From Planctomycetota bacterium (lineage in GTDB: Bacteria > Planctomycetota > Planctomycetia > Pirellulales > UBA1268): a DNA stretch of 38,117 nt. Where the stretch lies: positions 1 to 38,117 of the forward strand of contig QWPO01000060.1 in the NCBI GenBank assembly GCA_003669255.1. The letters are read 5' to 3'. The translations under genes and the position numbers were made by a program. This document shows, piece by piece, positions 17,341-26,900 of this stretch. Position 1 is the stretch's first letter. Every line of letters starts with the position of its first letter. Under the pieces are notes generated by a model that had not been told where the DNA came from, made no database searches, and saw only the letters and a program-made list of their open reading frames with translations.

Positions 17341-18273
17341 TTAGTTGTTTTCCGGCAGACCTTCGACGTGGCCGATGTTCTTCACCGGGGCGAAGATCGC
17401 CTGCACGTCGCGGACGAGCTCCTCATCCAGCGGTTCCGCCGCCCACCTGGCCCACTCGCGAACGTTCGCCGGGTTGGCACTGCCCGCCACGGTCGTGGCG
17501 ATGCCGGGATTGGCAATCGAGAACTGCAGGGCGAGCTTCGCGATCGATGACCCACGGGCCCGGCAGAGGTCGGCTGCCCTCCGCGCCGCCCCCTTCACCT
17601 CCTCCGGCTCCTTGAGCCAGTGGGGAAGGGGGGCGTCGGTGAGCAGCCGAGCGCTGAAGGGCCCGGCGTTCATGACACCGATCCCCTTCGCCTCAAGATA
17701 CGCAATCGTCTCGTCGGCAAATCGCGTGTTCTGAAGCGTGTACTGGTTGTAGTTGAGCACGCAGTCGACTTCGGCCTGATCGCAGATGAACCGAAAGATC
17801 TTCTGCGGATACCCACTGAAACCGATAAACCGGATCTTGCCCTGTTCGCGAGTCTTCCGCAGCGCGGGCAGCGTCTCATCCACGATCTGCTGCATCGGCA
17901 CGAACTCGATGTCGTGGCAGAGAATGATGTCGAGGTGGTCGGTACCGAGCCGGTGGAGTGACACGTCCACGCTCTCGGCCACCCGCTTCGCCGAGAAGTC
18001 GAAGTGACTGAGGTCGTAGCGGCCCAGCTTCGTGCAGAGCAGATAGTGGTCCCGCGGGATCGACTTGAGAGCCACGCCGAGCAGCACCTCGCTCATGCCA
18101 CGGCCATAAAAGGGGCTCGTGTCGATCAGGTTCAAGCCACAGTCGAGGGCGGCCTTCACGCTGCCGAGCGCCTCGTCGAGTGTGACCGAGCGAAACTCCT
18201 GGCCGAGCGAACTCGCCCCAAAGGACAGGATCGGCACCTGCAGACCCGTCTTGCCAAGTGATCTGGTCTTCAT
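17341..18273 (-). CDS. Aldo/keto reductase, L-galactose / L-fucose (D-threo-aldose) 1-dehydrogenase-like
   Basis: MKTRSLGKTGLQVPILSFGASSLG...DTSPFYGRG...CTKLGRY..FDFSAKRV..S...L..DHLDIILCHDIEF...IVDETLPALRKTREQGKIRFIGFSG...APVKN follows the pattern I recall for plant and bacterial L-galactose dehydrogenase-type AKRs. The ATG in frame at 18273 lies 10 nt after the upstream stop. Confidence 0.88.
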   Translation of the reverse strand: MKTRSLGKTGLQVPILSFGASSLGQEFRSVTLDEALGSVKAALDCGLNLIDTSPFYGRGMSEVLLGVALKSIPRDHYLLCTKLGRYDLSHFDFSAKRVAESVDVSLHRLGTDHLDIILCHDIEFVPMQQIVDETLPALRKTREQGKIRFIGFSGYPQKIFRFICDQAEVDCVLNYNQYTLQNTRFADETIAYLEAKGIGVMNAGPFSARLLTDAPLPHWLKEPEEVKGAARRAADLCRARGSSIAKLALQFSIANPGIATTVAGSANPANVREWARWAAEPLDEELVRDVQAIFAPVKNIGHVEGLPENN

Positions 18274-18283
18274 ATCGGTCCTC

Positions 18284-18742
18284 TCACGAAAACGTGCGGC
18301 AGCCGACGGAGAGCAGGAGATTCGCCCACGGCTGAGTGTCGGCCGTCTGAATGGTGAGCACATGGTCGTCCGACGCGACGGCCGCGTAGAAATCCCACTT
18401 CACGATCGGGGCGACTTCGCAGGGCGACTTCGCCGCGGCAAGGATCCGGCGGTACTCCGCCCAGACCGGCGGATCTCCGGGGGTCGCGGCGGCGTAGGAA
18501 TCGGCCCGATCGACGCCCATCGTGAACACCTCGTCGATCTGCACGGCCGCGAGCACCGCCTCGAAGACCTGTGCCACCGTCGGCAGACCGGGCACGAGCT
18601 GGAGCGACACGAGCTCAGCCCGCGGGCCCCGCTTGTTGAGGGCGGGATAGTTGCCGTCGGCGATCAACACCTTCGAGTGGTGGCCCGATCGAGCAAGGAC
18701 ACGGAGGATGTCCGGGTGGAGCAGGGGGCCGTTGAGCATCAA
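18284..18742 (-). CDS. RbsD/FucU family sugar mutarotase
   Basis: MLNGPLLHPDILRVLARSGHHSKVLIADGNYP is the characteristic N-terminal RbsD/FucU motif (GH..xx...D.N.P). Size ~150 aa. Confidence 0.85.
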   Translation of the reverse strand: MMLNGPLLHPDILRVLARSGHHSKVLIADGNYPALNKRGPRAELVSLQLVPGLPTVAQVFEAVLAAVQIDEVFTMGVDRADSYAAATPGDPPVWAEYRRILAAAKSPCEVAPIVKWDFYAAVASDDHVLTIQTADTQPWANLLLSVGCRTFS

Positions 18743-18757
18743 AGGGTCTCCGCTGGA

Positions 18758-19573
18758 TCAGGCCGTGAGGTGCCGCCTGAGGCTCGCGATCGTCCTGGCC
18801 GCCGCCTCCGAGGCCGTCGGCAGGGGAAACACCTCGGCCGACAGCCAGCCTTCATACTGGATCGCCCTCAAAGCCGCCACGACGTGCCCGGCATCGGTGT
18901 GCCCAAACCCCATCGCCCGGCGGTTGGAGTCGGCCCAGTGAACGTGGCCCAGCCGTGGCCCGCAGGCCACGAGCGCCCCGGCGATGGTCTCCTCTTCGAT
19001 GTTCATGTGAAACAGATCGCAGAGGATGTTTATCGCGTCGAGGCCGTTGGCTTGAAGGAACGTAGCCGCCTCCGCCTGACGATTGAAGAGATCGGTCTCG
19101 TAGCGGTTGAGCGGCTCATAAAGGAGAGACTGGCCGTGGCGGGCGGCGCGGGCTCCGAGTTCGCCCAGGGCGTCGGCCAGCATCGAAAGGGCCGACTCCC
19201 GGGAGACGTCGCCACTTGTTCGGCCCTGCATCGACCCGATGATCGCCGGAGCCCCGAGCACGCCGGCCGCATCGACGATCGAGGCGATGAAGGCCCGTGC
19301 CCGCAGTCGTACGTCTCCATTGGCGTGACAGAGCGAGAGGCCGTGCTTCACCCAGCCGGCTCCCGTGCCGACGGCCGCGAGGCTCAGGTGATGGGCCTCC
19401 AGCAGCGGTCGCACGACCGAGGCCGCCACCTCGTCGGCATCGGCAGGAAAGATCTCGACGCCGTCGAAGCCATGCTCGGCGGCCATCCGGCATCCTGCCG
19501 CTAGGCCGTCGTGGAATACGAACGGCCCGCGCCTCACTTCCGGCACCAGGCAGATCGTGATCGCCGACTTCAC
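18758..19573 (-). CDS. Sugar phosphate isomerase/epimerase (xylose isomerase-like TIM barrel, AP_endonuc_2 fold)
   Basis: GFDGVEIF, LLYEPLNRYETDL, NILCDLFHMNIEE, GHVHWADSNR and GWLSAEVFP form the typical metal-ligand pattern of this fold. The likely start is GTG at 19573, overlapping the upstream TGA (GTGA). The 76 upstream codons in the track ORF are Arg/Gly/Pro-rich and overlap the UxaE-like gene. Confidence 0.85.
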   Translation of the reverse strand: MKSAITICLVPEVRRGPFVFHDGLAAGCRMAAEHGFDGVEIFPADADEVAASVVRPLLEAHHLSLAAVGTGAGWVKHGLSLCHANGDVRLRARAFIASIVDAAGVLGAPAIIGSMQGRTSGDVSRESALSMLADALGELGARAARHGQSLLYEPLNRYETDLFNRQAEAATFLQANGLDAINILCDLFHMNIEEETIAGALVACGPRLGHVHWADSNRRAMGFGHTDAGHVVAALRAIQYEGWLSAEVFPLPTASEAAARTIASLRRHLTA

Positions 19574-20832
19574 GCCCGGACCCTTGTGGACGCGAACAGC
19601 GGCCGCAGGTGCCGGTCGTAGATGTTCTCGGTGACCTGTTTCGCCACGACGTCGCGGTTGGCCACCAGCAGGTCGGTGTATCGCTGCCCCTGCTTCGCCG
19701 CCACCTTGAACGACACGTGGACGAGTTGCCGCATGTGCGGATTGAAGGCGGGGTTTGCGGGCACGTGCCGCAGGGCGGCCGCCAGCTGAGAACCGCTCCA
19801 CGAAGCCACCTCCGCCGGGGCGGGCAGTTTTGCCCGGTCGATGTCGATCACCGTGGCGTAGGGAGCGCAGAACTCATCGACATGGTCGTAGGCATAGGCA
19901 TAGATCTCCTTGGCAAGCGCCAGGCCATCGCCCTCCGCTTCGGCCAAGCCAATCATCTCCTCCAGCCAGGTCGTGCCGGCCGTCTTGAGATGCAGCCCCG
20001 CACCCGTCCGCTCCACGATCCGGCGAATGATGGGGTAGAGCGAGAACTTGTCGCTGCCGCTGTGCACGGAGAGCTTGAGGTTCTTGGGCAGGCCATAGCG
20101 GTCGGCCGCGTAGGCGAGCACCGCCACGTCGTCAGAAAACTCTTTCTCGAACCCGGCGAGATCACCGACGTAGTCCACGCCCTTGTTGAACCGGCCGGTG
20201 AACTTGGGCGCGATCGTCTGGAGCGGCACGCCCTCGTCGGCGAGCAGGGCAAGGATCACGAGGAGTTCCGGCGGCGTCTGCGCCGCGTCGGTCTCGTCCA
20301 TGCTCACCTCGATGGCCACGCCGTCGCCATGCTTCGCGCGGATGTGCCGAAAGATCTCGCCGGCCTCGCGGCACGCCAGCAGGTAACTCTGAGCCACCGT
20401 GCCAGACGTCTGTGCCGAGAGCGGCACCGGGACGGCGATGCCTGGGATCGTGAGCGGCGCGCGCAGCTCAGGGTGTCGGGCGAGAAATGCGGCGACGTCG
20501 GCCTCACTCGCCGGCTTGCCGATCGAGTCGGCAACGTCGATCGTGAAAAAGTCGCTCGAGTCGAGGAACCTGTCGACCGTCTCGAGGCGAATATGGTCGG
20601 CGTCGACGAACCACGGATGCGGCCACTTCCGCGCCGCGACTGCGGCACTCGCCGCATCCCGAACGCTCGCCGGCTCGCTACCGATGAAGGAGTGTTCGCG
20701 GTTCGACTTGTTCCACACCGGCGACACGACGACACCGTCCGCGGCGAGCCGCTCGAAGGCGGCCAGTTGAGCCTCGGCCTGGTGCGCGAATCGGTCACCG
20801 ACGCCAAACGTGAATCGTGGGAGTGTGAGCAT
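19570..20832 (-). CDS. Tagaturonate/fructuronate epimerase (UxaE)-like protein
   Basis: FGVGDRFAHQ, WFVDADHIRLETV and DFFTIDVADSIG resemble the UxaE family pattern (FGTGDR..., ADADH..., FT.FTID). The ATG in frame at 20832 (MLTLPRFTFG) is the first gene after a 423-bp gap. Confidence 0.7.
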   Translation of the reverse strand: MLTLPRFTFGVGDRFAHQAEAQLAAFERLAADGVVVSPVWNKSNREHSFIGSEPASVRDAASAAVAARKWPHPWFVDADHIRLETVDRFLDSSDFFTIDVADSIGKPASEADVAAFLARHPELRAPLTIPGIAVPVPLSAQTSGTVAQSYLLACREAGEIFRHIRAKHGDGVAIEVSMDETDAAQTPPELLVILALLADEGVPLQTIAPKFTGRFNKGVDYVGDLAGFEKEFSDDVAVLAYAADRYGLPKNLKLSVHSGSDKFSLYPIIRRIVERTGAGLHLKTAGTTWLEEMIGLAEAEGDGLALAKEIYAYAYDHVDEFCAPYATVIDIDRAKLPAPAEVASWSGSQLAAALRHVPANPAFNPHMRQLVHVSFKVAAKQGQRYTDLLVANRDVVAKQVTENIYDRHLRPLFASTRVRA

Positions 20833-20990
20833 GCGGAGAGAATACCGCGGCTGAAGACCGCTTGATACCGTTCTGCGCAACAGATTCGACTACGGTTTTC
20901 TGCGGTTCTGATGCGTGCTGCTCCGTCCCAACGCGCCAAACCCGGCTGCGGGACGGGGCGCGGGTAGCCCCGAGCCACCACGGGATGCCT

Positions 20991-21011
20991 GTGCAGGTTG
21001 ACAACCTGCAC
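20991..21011. promoter_or_regulatory. Perfect 21-bp palindrome upstream of the sugar-acid operon (candidate operator)
   Basis: GTGCAGGTTG-A-CAACCTGCAC has 10-bp perfect arms, ~160 nt upstream of the UxaE-like start. Its core CAGGTT..AACCTG resembles the hairpins at 14756-14810. Confidence 0.3.
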
Positions 21012-21156
21012 CTACGTGTGGGGCACGCACTCAGCGAGGGGCTGCCAGTGCCCCGGGAGCCGGGCTATGGAAGCTAGCGTAGCCACGACCAATCCGCCTG
21101 CGGCGGATCGGTGCCCGGCGAAGCGCAGCGAACATGCAGTGAGCGTCAGGCAGGAT

Positions 21157-21176
21157 GCCGGACGCGAACGTCCGGC
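21157..21176 (-). terminator. Candidate stem-loop terminator after the GNAT gene
   Basis: GCCGGACG-cgaa-CGTCCGGC is a perfect 8-bp GC-rich stem. On the transcribed (minus) strand the loop reads UUCG. It sits ~80 nt downstream of the GNAT stop (21256). No U-tract. Confidence 0.3.
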
Positions 21177-21255
21177 GATGGGGCATTGGCGGCCCCGAGC
21201 CACGCACGACGCCCTTAACCCGGAGCCGACGCACAGCTCGTCACCCGGACCGGTA

Positions 21256-21804
21256 TCACCCGTCCGTGGGATCCGCCGGCGTCGGCAGGAGGAGTTGCCA
21301 GAACTCGAGGTCGAGCCAGCGGCCGAACTTGAAGCCGGCCTCACGGACCGTGCCGCAGCAGCGGAAGCCGAGCGAACTGTGCAGGGCCACGCTCGCCACG
21401 TTCGTCGCATCGATGCCGGCGATGATCATGTGGATGTCTCGCTTCTTCGCGGCAACGATCAGCGCCTGAAGAAGCTGCCGCCCAACGCCCTCGCCACGAT
21501 ACTGCTCGTCGACGTAGACCGAGTGCTCGATGGAGTATTTGTACGCCGCCCGCGGTCGAAACGGGCCCCAGGTGGCAAAGCCAGCAAGCACTCCCGGCTC
21601 CCACTCGATGCCAAGCACGGGCACATCAGCCCGCTCTCGGTCGGCAAACCACTCTCGCATCACCGCTTCGGTCCGCGGGGCGTATTCGTAGAGTGACGTC
21701 GAGTTGAGGATCGCGTCGTTGTAGATCGACTGGATCGCCGGGAGGTGGGCGGCGGTGCAGGTGATCACCTCGCGGCGCGGTGGGGCAGGCTTCTTGCGGG
21801 GCAT
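21256..21804 (-). CDS. GNAT N-acetyltransferase, phosphinothricin/methionine-sulfoximine acetyltransferase (PAT)-like
   Basis: IYNDAILNSTSLYEYAPRT...WF, VYVDEQYRGEGVGRQLLQALI (acetyl-CoA motif A), NVASVALHSSLGFRCCG and FKFGRWLDLEFWQL are the typical PAT-family layout. Confidence 0.88.
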   Translation of the reverse strand: MPRKKPAPPRREVITCTAAHLPAIQSIYNDAILNSTSLYEYAPRTEAVMREWFADRERADVPVLGIEWEPGVLAGFATWGPFRPRAAYKYSIEHSVYVDEQYRGEGVGRQLLQALIVAAKKRDIHMIIAGIDATNVASVALHSSLGFRCCGTVREAGFKFGRWLDLEFWQLLLPTPADPTDG

Positions 21805-21810
21805 CGGCGA

Positions 21811-23565
21811 CTAACGGCGGGAGGCGGAGGGGGTGACGGGCGGTGGAGTGAGCAGCGAGACCACAATGAGGACGAGGAAGCCGAGCGGGATCGTCACCAG
21901 CCCCGGCTGGCTGAACGGGGTGAGGGCCAGATCGCGCGAGATTCCGTAGACCTTTTCGAAGGTGTCGGCCGACAGGAGAATCCATGCCAGCGACGCCAGC
22001 ATACCCACCGTGACGGCTGCGATGATCCCCTGCCGCGTCGTCCGCGGCCAGAAGAGCAGCATCACGAGGGCCGGCAGGTTGGCGCTGGCCGCGATGTTGA
22101 ACGCCCAGCCCACCAGGAAGCTCACGTTGAAGTTGCGGAATACGATCCCGAGCACCATCGCCACGATCCCGAGACCGACGGCCGCCAGCTTGCCCACGCG
22201 GATCTTCTCGTGGTCGTTCATCCGCACGCCCAACACGTTCTCCACGAGGTCGTGAGCCACCGCCCCGCTGCCGGCCATGATCAGCCCGCTGACGGTGCCG
22301 AGGACGGTCGTGAACGCGATCGCCGAGATCACGGCGAAGAGCGTGTTGCTGAAGCTCTTCGCCAGGAGCGGGGCCGCCATGTTGGTGTCGGTGGGGTCGA
22401 GGGCACCGGAAGTCATCGCGCCGAGGCCGAGGAACAGCGTGAGCACGTAGAATACACCGATGGCGGCGATGCCCACCACGGTGCTCTTCCTTGCCGCAGC
22501 GGCGTCCTTGACGGTGTAGTAGCGGATCAGGATGTGCGGCAGCGACGCGGTGCCGCAGAACAGGGCCAGCATCAGGCTCGCAAAGTCGAGTCGGTCGGCG
22601 AGTTTTCCCGTGGTGAGACCCTTGAAGTATCCGCCGGGCTTGAGCAGGTCTGAGCCCTGCTTCTCGACGGGAGAATACGTGGTGTGTAATCCATCAGCAT
22701 CCACGTGTTTCTTTGCAGACCACGTGACGATCGTCGAATCCTCGAGCGCCGAGAGGTAGGCAAGCGGCCCGAGTGGACCGGTTGTCCGCGCATCGCCGAA
22801 TCGCTCCGGCAGCCTGAGGATCGTGCCCACCGGCCGCAGGTCGTGGTCCTTCGACTGTGGCGCACCGTCCACGAGCACGGCGCCGTCGGGCTGTACCGTC
22901 TTCACCTGCGGGGCGAGGTTCTCTTCACCGGAGCGACCGGCGTTGACGACCAATCCACGCCCCAGGATCAGCACCGTGAGCACGCCGCAGAAGAAGACGA
23001 GCAGCGACCCCTTGATGAACTGCACCCAAGTCGTCGAGACCATTCCCGCTGTGACCACGATCAGCGTGACCGTCACACCCACGAGGATCACGCCCGCCTC
23101 GTGCGGCAGGCCGAGCAGCGGCTTGATGAGTGAGCCGGCGCCAACCATCTGCGGGATCAGGTAGAAGATGCTCACCACCAGCGTCGAGATCGCCACGGCG
23201 AGCTTGATGCCGCGGCTGTTGAACCGGCTGTCGAGGGCGTCGGCAAACGTGAACTTGCCGAGGGCCTTGATCGGCTCGGCGATCACAAACAGCGCCACGA
23301 TCCAGCCGGCCAGGAAGCCAATGGAGTAGAGAAAGCCGTCGTAGCCCGAGAACGCGATCATCCCGCAGATGCCGAGAAACGACGCGGCGGAGAGGTAGTC
23401 GCCGGCGAAGGCGATCCCGTTGACGAACCAGTGGATCTGACCGTGGGCGGCGTAGTAGCCGCTGGCCGACTGCCCCTTGCGTCCCAGCCAGAACGAGAGT
23501 GCGAGCACGCCAAGCACGAAGGCGGCAAAGATGGCGACGGCGACGAGCGAGGTCTGGTGGATCAT
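21811..23565 (-). CDS. actP: Cation/acetate symporter (sodium:solute symporter family)
   Basis: GYYAAHGQIHWFVNGIAFAGDYLSAASFLGICGMIAFSGYDGFLYSIGFLAGW, YLIPQMVGAG and GTASLPHILIRYYTV closely follow the ActP pattern. Multiple TM helices. A small membrane protein gene precedes it, as in yjcH-actP. Confidence 0.9.
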   Translation of the reverse strand: MIHQTSLVAVAIFAAFVLGVLALSFWLGRKGQSASGYYAAHGQIHWFVNGIAFAGDYLSAASFLGICGMIAFSGYDGFLYSIGFLAGWIVALFVIAEPIKALGKFTFADALDSRFNSRGIKLAVAISTLVVSIFYLIPQMVGAGSLIKPLLGLPHEAGVILVGVTVTLIVVTAGMVSTTWVQFIKGSLLVFFCGVLTVLILGRGLVVNAGRSGEENLAPQVKTVQPDGAVLVDGAPQSKDHDLRPVGTILRLPERFGDARTTGPLGPLAYLSALEDSTIVTWSAKKHVDADGLHTTYSPVEKQGSDLLKPGGYFKGLTTGKLADRLDFASLMLALFCGTASLPHILIRYYTVKDAAAARKSTVVGIAAIGVFYVLTLFLGLGAMTSGALDPTDTNMAAPLLAKSFSNTLFAVISAIAFTTVLGTVSGLIMAGSGAVAHDLVENVLGVRMNDHEKIRVGKLAAVGLGIVAMVLGIVFRNFNVSFLVGWAFNIAASANLPALVMLLFWPRTTRQGIIAAVTVGMLASLAWILLSADTFEKVYGISRDLALTPFSQPGLVTIPLGFLVLIVVSLLTPPPVTPSASRR

Positions 23566-23578
23566 CGTGGCGGCTCCC

Positions 23579-23824
23579 TCAGCGTTCTGCTCTGAGGATC
23601 ATGTAGGCGACTGCCAGCCCGAAGGCGGCGGCGATCAACCCCATGCCGTAGACGATCGCGAGGTTCACGCCGCCAAACGGCCGCAGTGACAGCAGGTCGG
23701 GCCGCACGAGCACCAGCGCCATGAAGCCGCCGTAGAGGGCCACGTAGACCCAAAACAGGGCGAGTCCCACCGGGCTGGCCGCCGTGCCGTCGCCAGACTG
23801 TCGAGGATCGTGATCGGGCGCCAT
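23579..23824 (-). CDS. Small two-TM membrane protein, DUF485 (YjcH)-like partner of ActP
   Basis: The in-frame ATG at 23824 has AAGGGGGAG just upstream. The 81-aa product has two hydrophobic helices (LALFWVYVALYGGFMALVLV, LAIVYGMGLIAAAFGLAVAYMIL). It ends 13 nt before the actP start. The upstream part of the track ORF (to 24037) overlaps the sulfatase gene and is Arg/Gly-rich. Confidence 0.7.
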   Translation of the reverse strand: MAPDHDPRQSGDGTAASPVGLALFWVYVALYGGFMALVLVRPDLLSLRPFGGVNLAIVYGMGLIAAAFGLAVAYMILRAER

Positions 23825-23904
23825 GGCTCCCCCTTCGTCAGATTCCGTTCGTGGCCCATGCGGGCGACGGCCGCAAGGATACCCGCTGATCGCGGCGGCG
23901 TGCG

Positions 23905-26900
23905 TCAGGCCGCTGGCTTTACCACTCGCCGCTTTGCCGGCCTGGAGTCCCCGGCCGGCTCCTCGACGACCGGATAGAGAAACACCGGCTTCTCGACGGT
24001 TCCTGCCGGGCGGCGGCCCGGAGCATGCGGGCCGCACAGTTCGGCCGCCATCCGCTCGGCTAGCAGGCGGAGCCGGACGACGGTGTCGGGATGCTCAGTC
24101 GCGACGTCTACGGTCTCGCCGACGTCGGCTTTGAGGTCATAGAGCCGGGGGTTCACCAGTGAGGCCTCGGCGGCGGTGTTCTCCGCGCCTGTGTCATTCG
24201 GCTGCGGCGCGATTACCAGTTTCCAGCGGCCGTCGCGAACCGCTTGGAGAGCTGTTCCCTTGAAATAGTAGTGGGCCTCACGGGCCGATTCGTGGCTCGT
24301 CCCCATGAGCAGGCCCGTGATGTCGCGGCCGTCGATCGTGGGCGTGGCGGCCACCTCGCCGCCGGCCAGGCCGACGAACGTCGGGAGGAGATCGATCGTG
24401 CCAGCAAAGGCATCGCATGTGCTCCCAGCCTGCACTCGCCCTGGCCACCAGGCGATCGTCGGCACCCGGACGCCTCCTTCCCAAGTGCTCGCCTTCGCTC
24501 CCCGCAGCGGACCGACCGACCCGCCATCCTTTCCCTTCGCCGCCCACGGGCCGTTGTCGCTCGTAAAGATCACGAGTGTGTCGCCGTCGAGCCCATCCTC
24601 CCGGAGCGTATCGAGGATCCTGCCCACGCTCCAATCAACTTCCTCAACCCAGTCGCCAAACCGCCCATTGCCGCTCTTTCCCCGAAATCGCTCGCCGGGA
24701 GCGAGCGGCACATGGACTGCCGTGTGCGGCACGTACAAGAAGAACGGTTTTCCTTTCGAATCGCGGATGAAGGCCACAGCCTCGTCGGTGCACCGTTCCA
24801 CGATCCCGCGCTGCATCTCGTCGGTGAGCAGCTCGACGACGCGATCGTCGCGAACGAGCGGCACCACTCGCTCACCCGTCTCCGCGGACTTTTTCTGCAT
24901 GTCGTTGGAGTAGGGGATCCCGAGGTAGCGGTCAAAGCCCTGGCGGCAGGGAAGGAACTCGCGCTGGTCACCGAGGTGCCACTTGCCGAAGCAGGCGGTC
25001 GCATAGCCAAGCGACTTGAGACGCTCGGCCATCGTGACCTCCGTGGGGTTCAAGCCATTCCTTCCAGCCGGAAAGAACACGCCCGGCACCGAGACCCGCA
25101 CCCCGTAGCAGCCGGTGAGAAGCTGGGCCCGCGACACCGAGCAGACGGGCGCGGCGTAGAAACTCGTGAGCTTCATACCCTCGCAGGCCATCCGGTCGAG
25201 GTGGGGCGTTTTTTGTTTCGTGGCCCCGAACGGTCCGATGTCGCCATAGCCAAGGTCGTCGATGAGCACGACCACGACGTTCGGCGGCCGTACCGCGGTG
25301 CGGGTCGCCAGCGGGTCGCCGGCACGATGCTGCGCCGCGGCGAGCGTCGCCTCGAGATCGCGGCGACGACCGGCGACGGCCGGATCGGCGGCGCGATCCC
25401 GCTGCTCGCCTGGGTCGCTCGCGACCTCGAAGACCTGCGTCACCTGTGACCGGGGATAGGCGATCAGCTTCCAGTCGGGAGTGACGACCGCCCGCTGGAC
25501 GTTCTTGTAGGCAAGGAGAATCGATTCGCGAATCGCTGCCTGCTCGCCCCGGACAACCGGCGCCAGACTCAGCCCCTCGCTGTCCCTCGGAGCCGGCACG
25601 CCGGCGAGGTCTCCAAGCGTGGCCGTCAGGTCGAAGAGGTAGGCCAAGGCATCCACCCGGCGGCCTGCGGGCACGCCAGGCCCCGCCATCACCGCCGGCG
25701 CGCGCATGGAGTGTTCATAGAGGTTCTGCTTTCCGAGGAGCCCGTGGCTGCCGAGTGCCAACCCCTGATCGGCGGCAAATAGCACGAGCGTGTCGTCGAG
25801 GCGACCCTTCTTCTCAAGGGCCGCGAGCACCCTGCCTATCTGATCGTCCATCCCTTCGATGAGGGCGTAGTAGTCGGCGAGTTCCGCTGAGATCCGCTGC
25901 GGCGCCAGCGGCCGTGGCAGCGTCTTTTCGTCACGGACCGCGAGGTCGCCGTTGTCGAACGGGTGCTCGGGAAGGAAGTTTGCTGGCGGTGGCGGCTCGT
26001 GACCGTCGTACCGGCGGCGGAACTCCCGCTGTGGCTGCCGCGGGTCGTGCGGCGCGGTGAACGCGCACCAAGCGAAGAAGGGCTCGTCACCGAGGTCTTC
26101 GATGAAGGCCTCGGCAGCGCCACCGATGATCGCCGACGAGTGGCGATCGGTCGCGGCGTCGGGCTCGGGCTCGGCGTGGCCGCGGAACGACACCGTCGGC
26201 AGACCGAAGTGGCCGTGCATCCCGCCGTAGAACACGTGGCTCCCCTCGGCAAAGCAACGGACGAGCGACTCCTTTCCATTGTGCCACTTGCCGGTGGCGA
26301 AGGTCCGGTAGCCGGCCCGCTCGAAGGCCTCGGGCCACGTGTCGCAACCCCCGAGCTGCTCGCGGACGCGAAACAATGACCGGCCCGACAAGAGCATCGC
26401 CCGGCTCGGCACGCAGACGGCCCCCTGCATCGCCCCCATGCAGTACGCCCGGTCGAAGGATGTGCCTCGGGTCACGAGCGCATCGATCGTAGGCGTGCGG
26501 ATCGCCGCGTTACCAAGCGCGTGGATCGTGTCGGCCCGCATGTCGTCGGCGAGGAAGACGATCACGCTCGGCCGGCACCTGGCTTCTGCGGATTCGAAAC
26601 GCTCGCCGTCTCCAGGCTTTTCGGCGATTGGCCGAGACGGAGCGGATGGCCCGTTCGCCGCATCGGCGAACGGGAGCGGCCAGTCGGGATGCGGAACGTG
26701 CTCGCGGTCGAGGATCAACCGCATCCGTTCAGCCACCGCAGGGTTTCGACCTGTGACGTTCGTCGTCTCCGACGGATCGGCCGCCAGGTCGTAGAGTTCG
26801 ATCGGCCCTGGCTCAGCAGGCTTGTTCGGACCCACGGCCCGGCGGATCGCCTTCCAACGGCCGTCCACCGCCGCCTGCCACTTGCCTTCGGTGAGCTCGC

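Noticed and set aside
20998-21696. ORFs inside or overlapping the 423-bp gap (20998-21696 +, 21012-21410 -, 21031-21234 -, 20862-21077 +, 20795-21004 -), considered as a possible small regulator gene.
   Set aside because: There are no recognisable motifs (no HTH) and the composition is Arg/Pro/Cys-rich. The largest is antisense to the well-supported GNAT gene. I treat the gap as non-coding.
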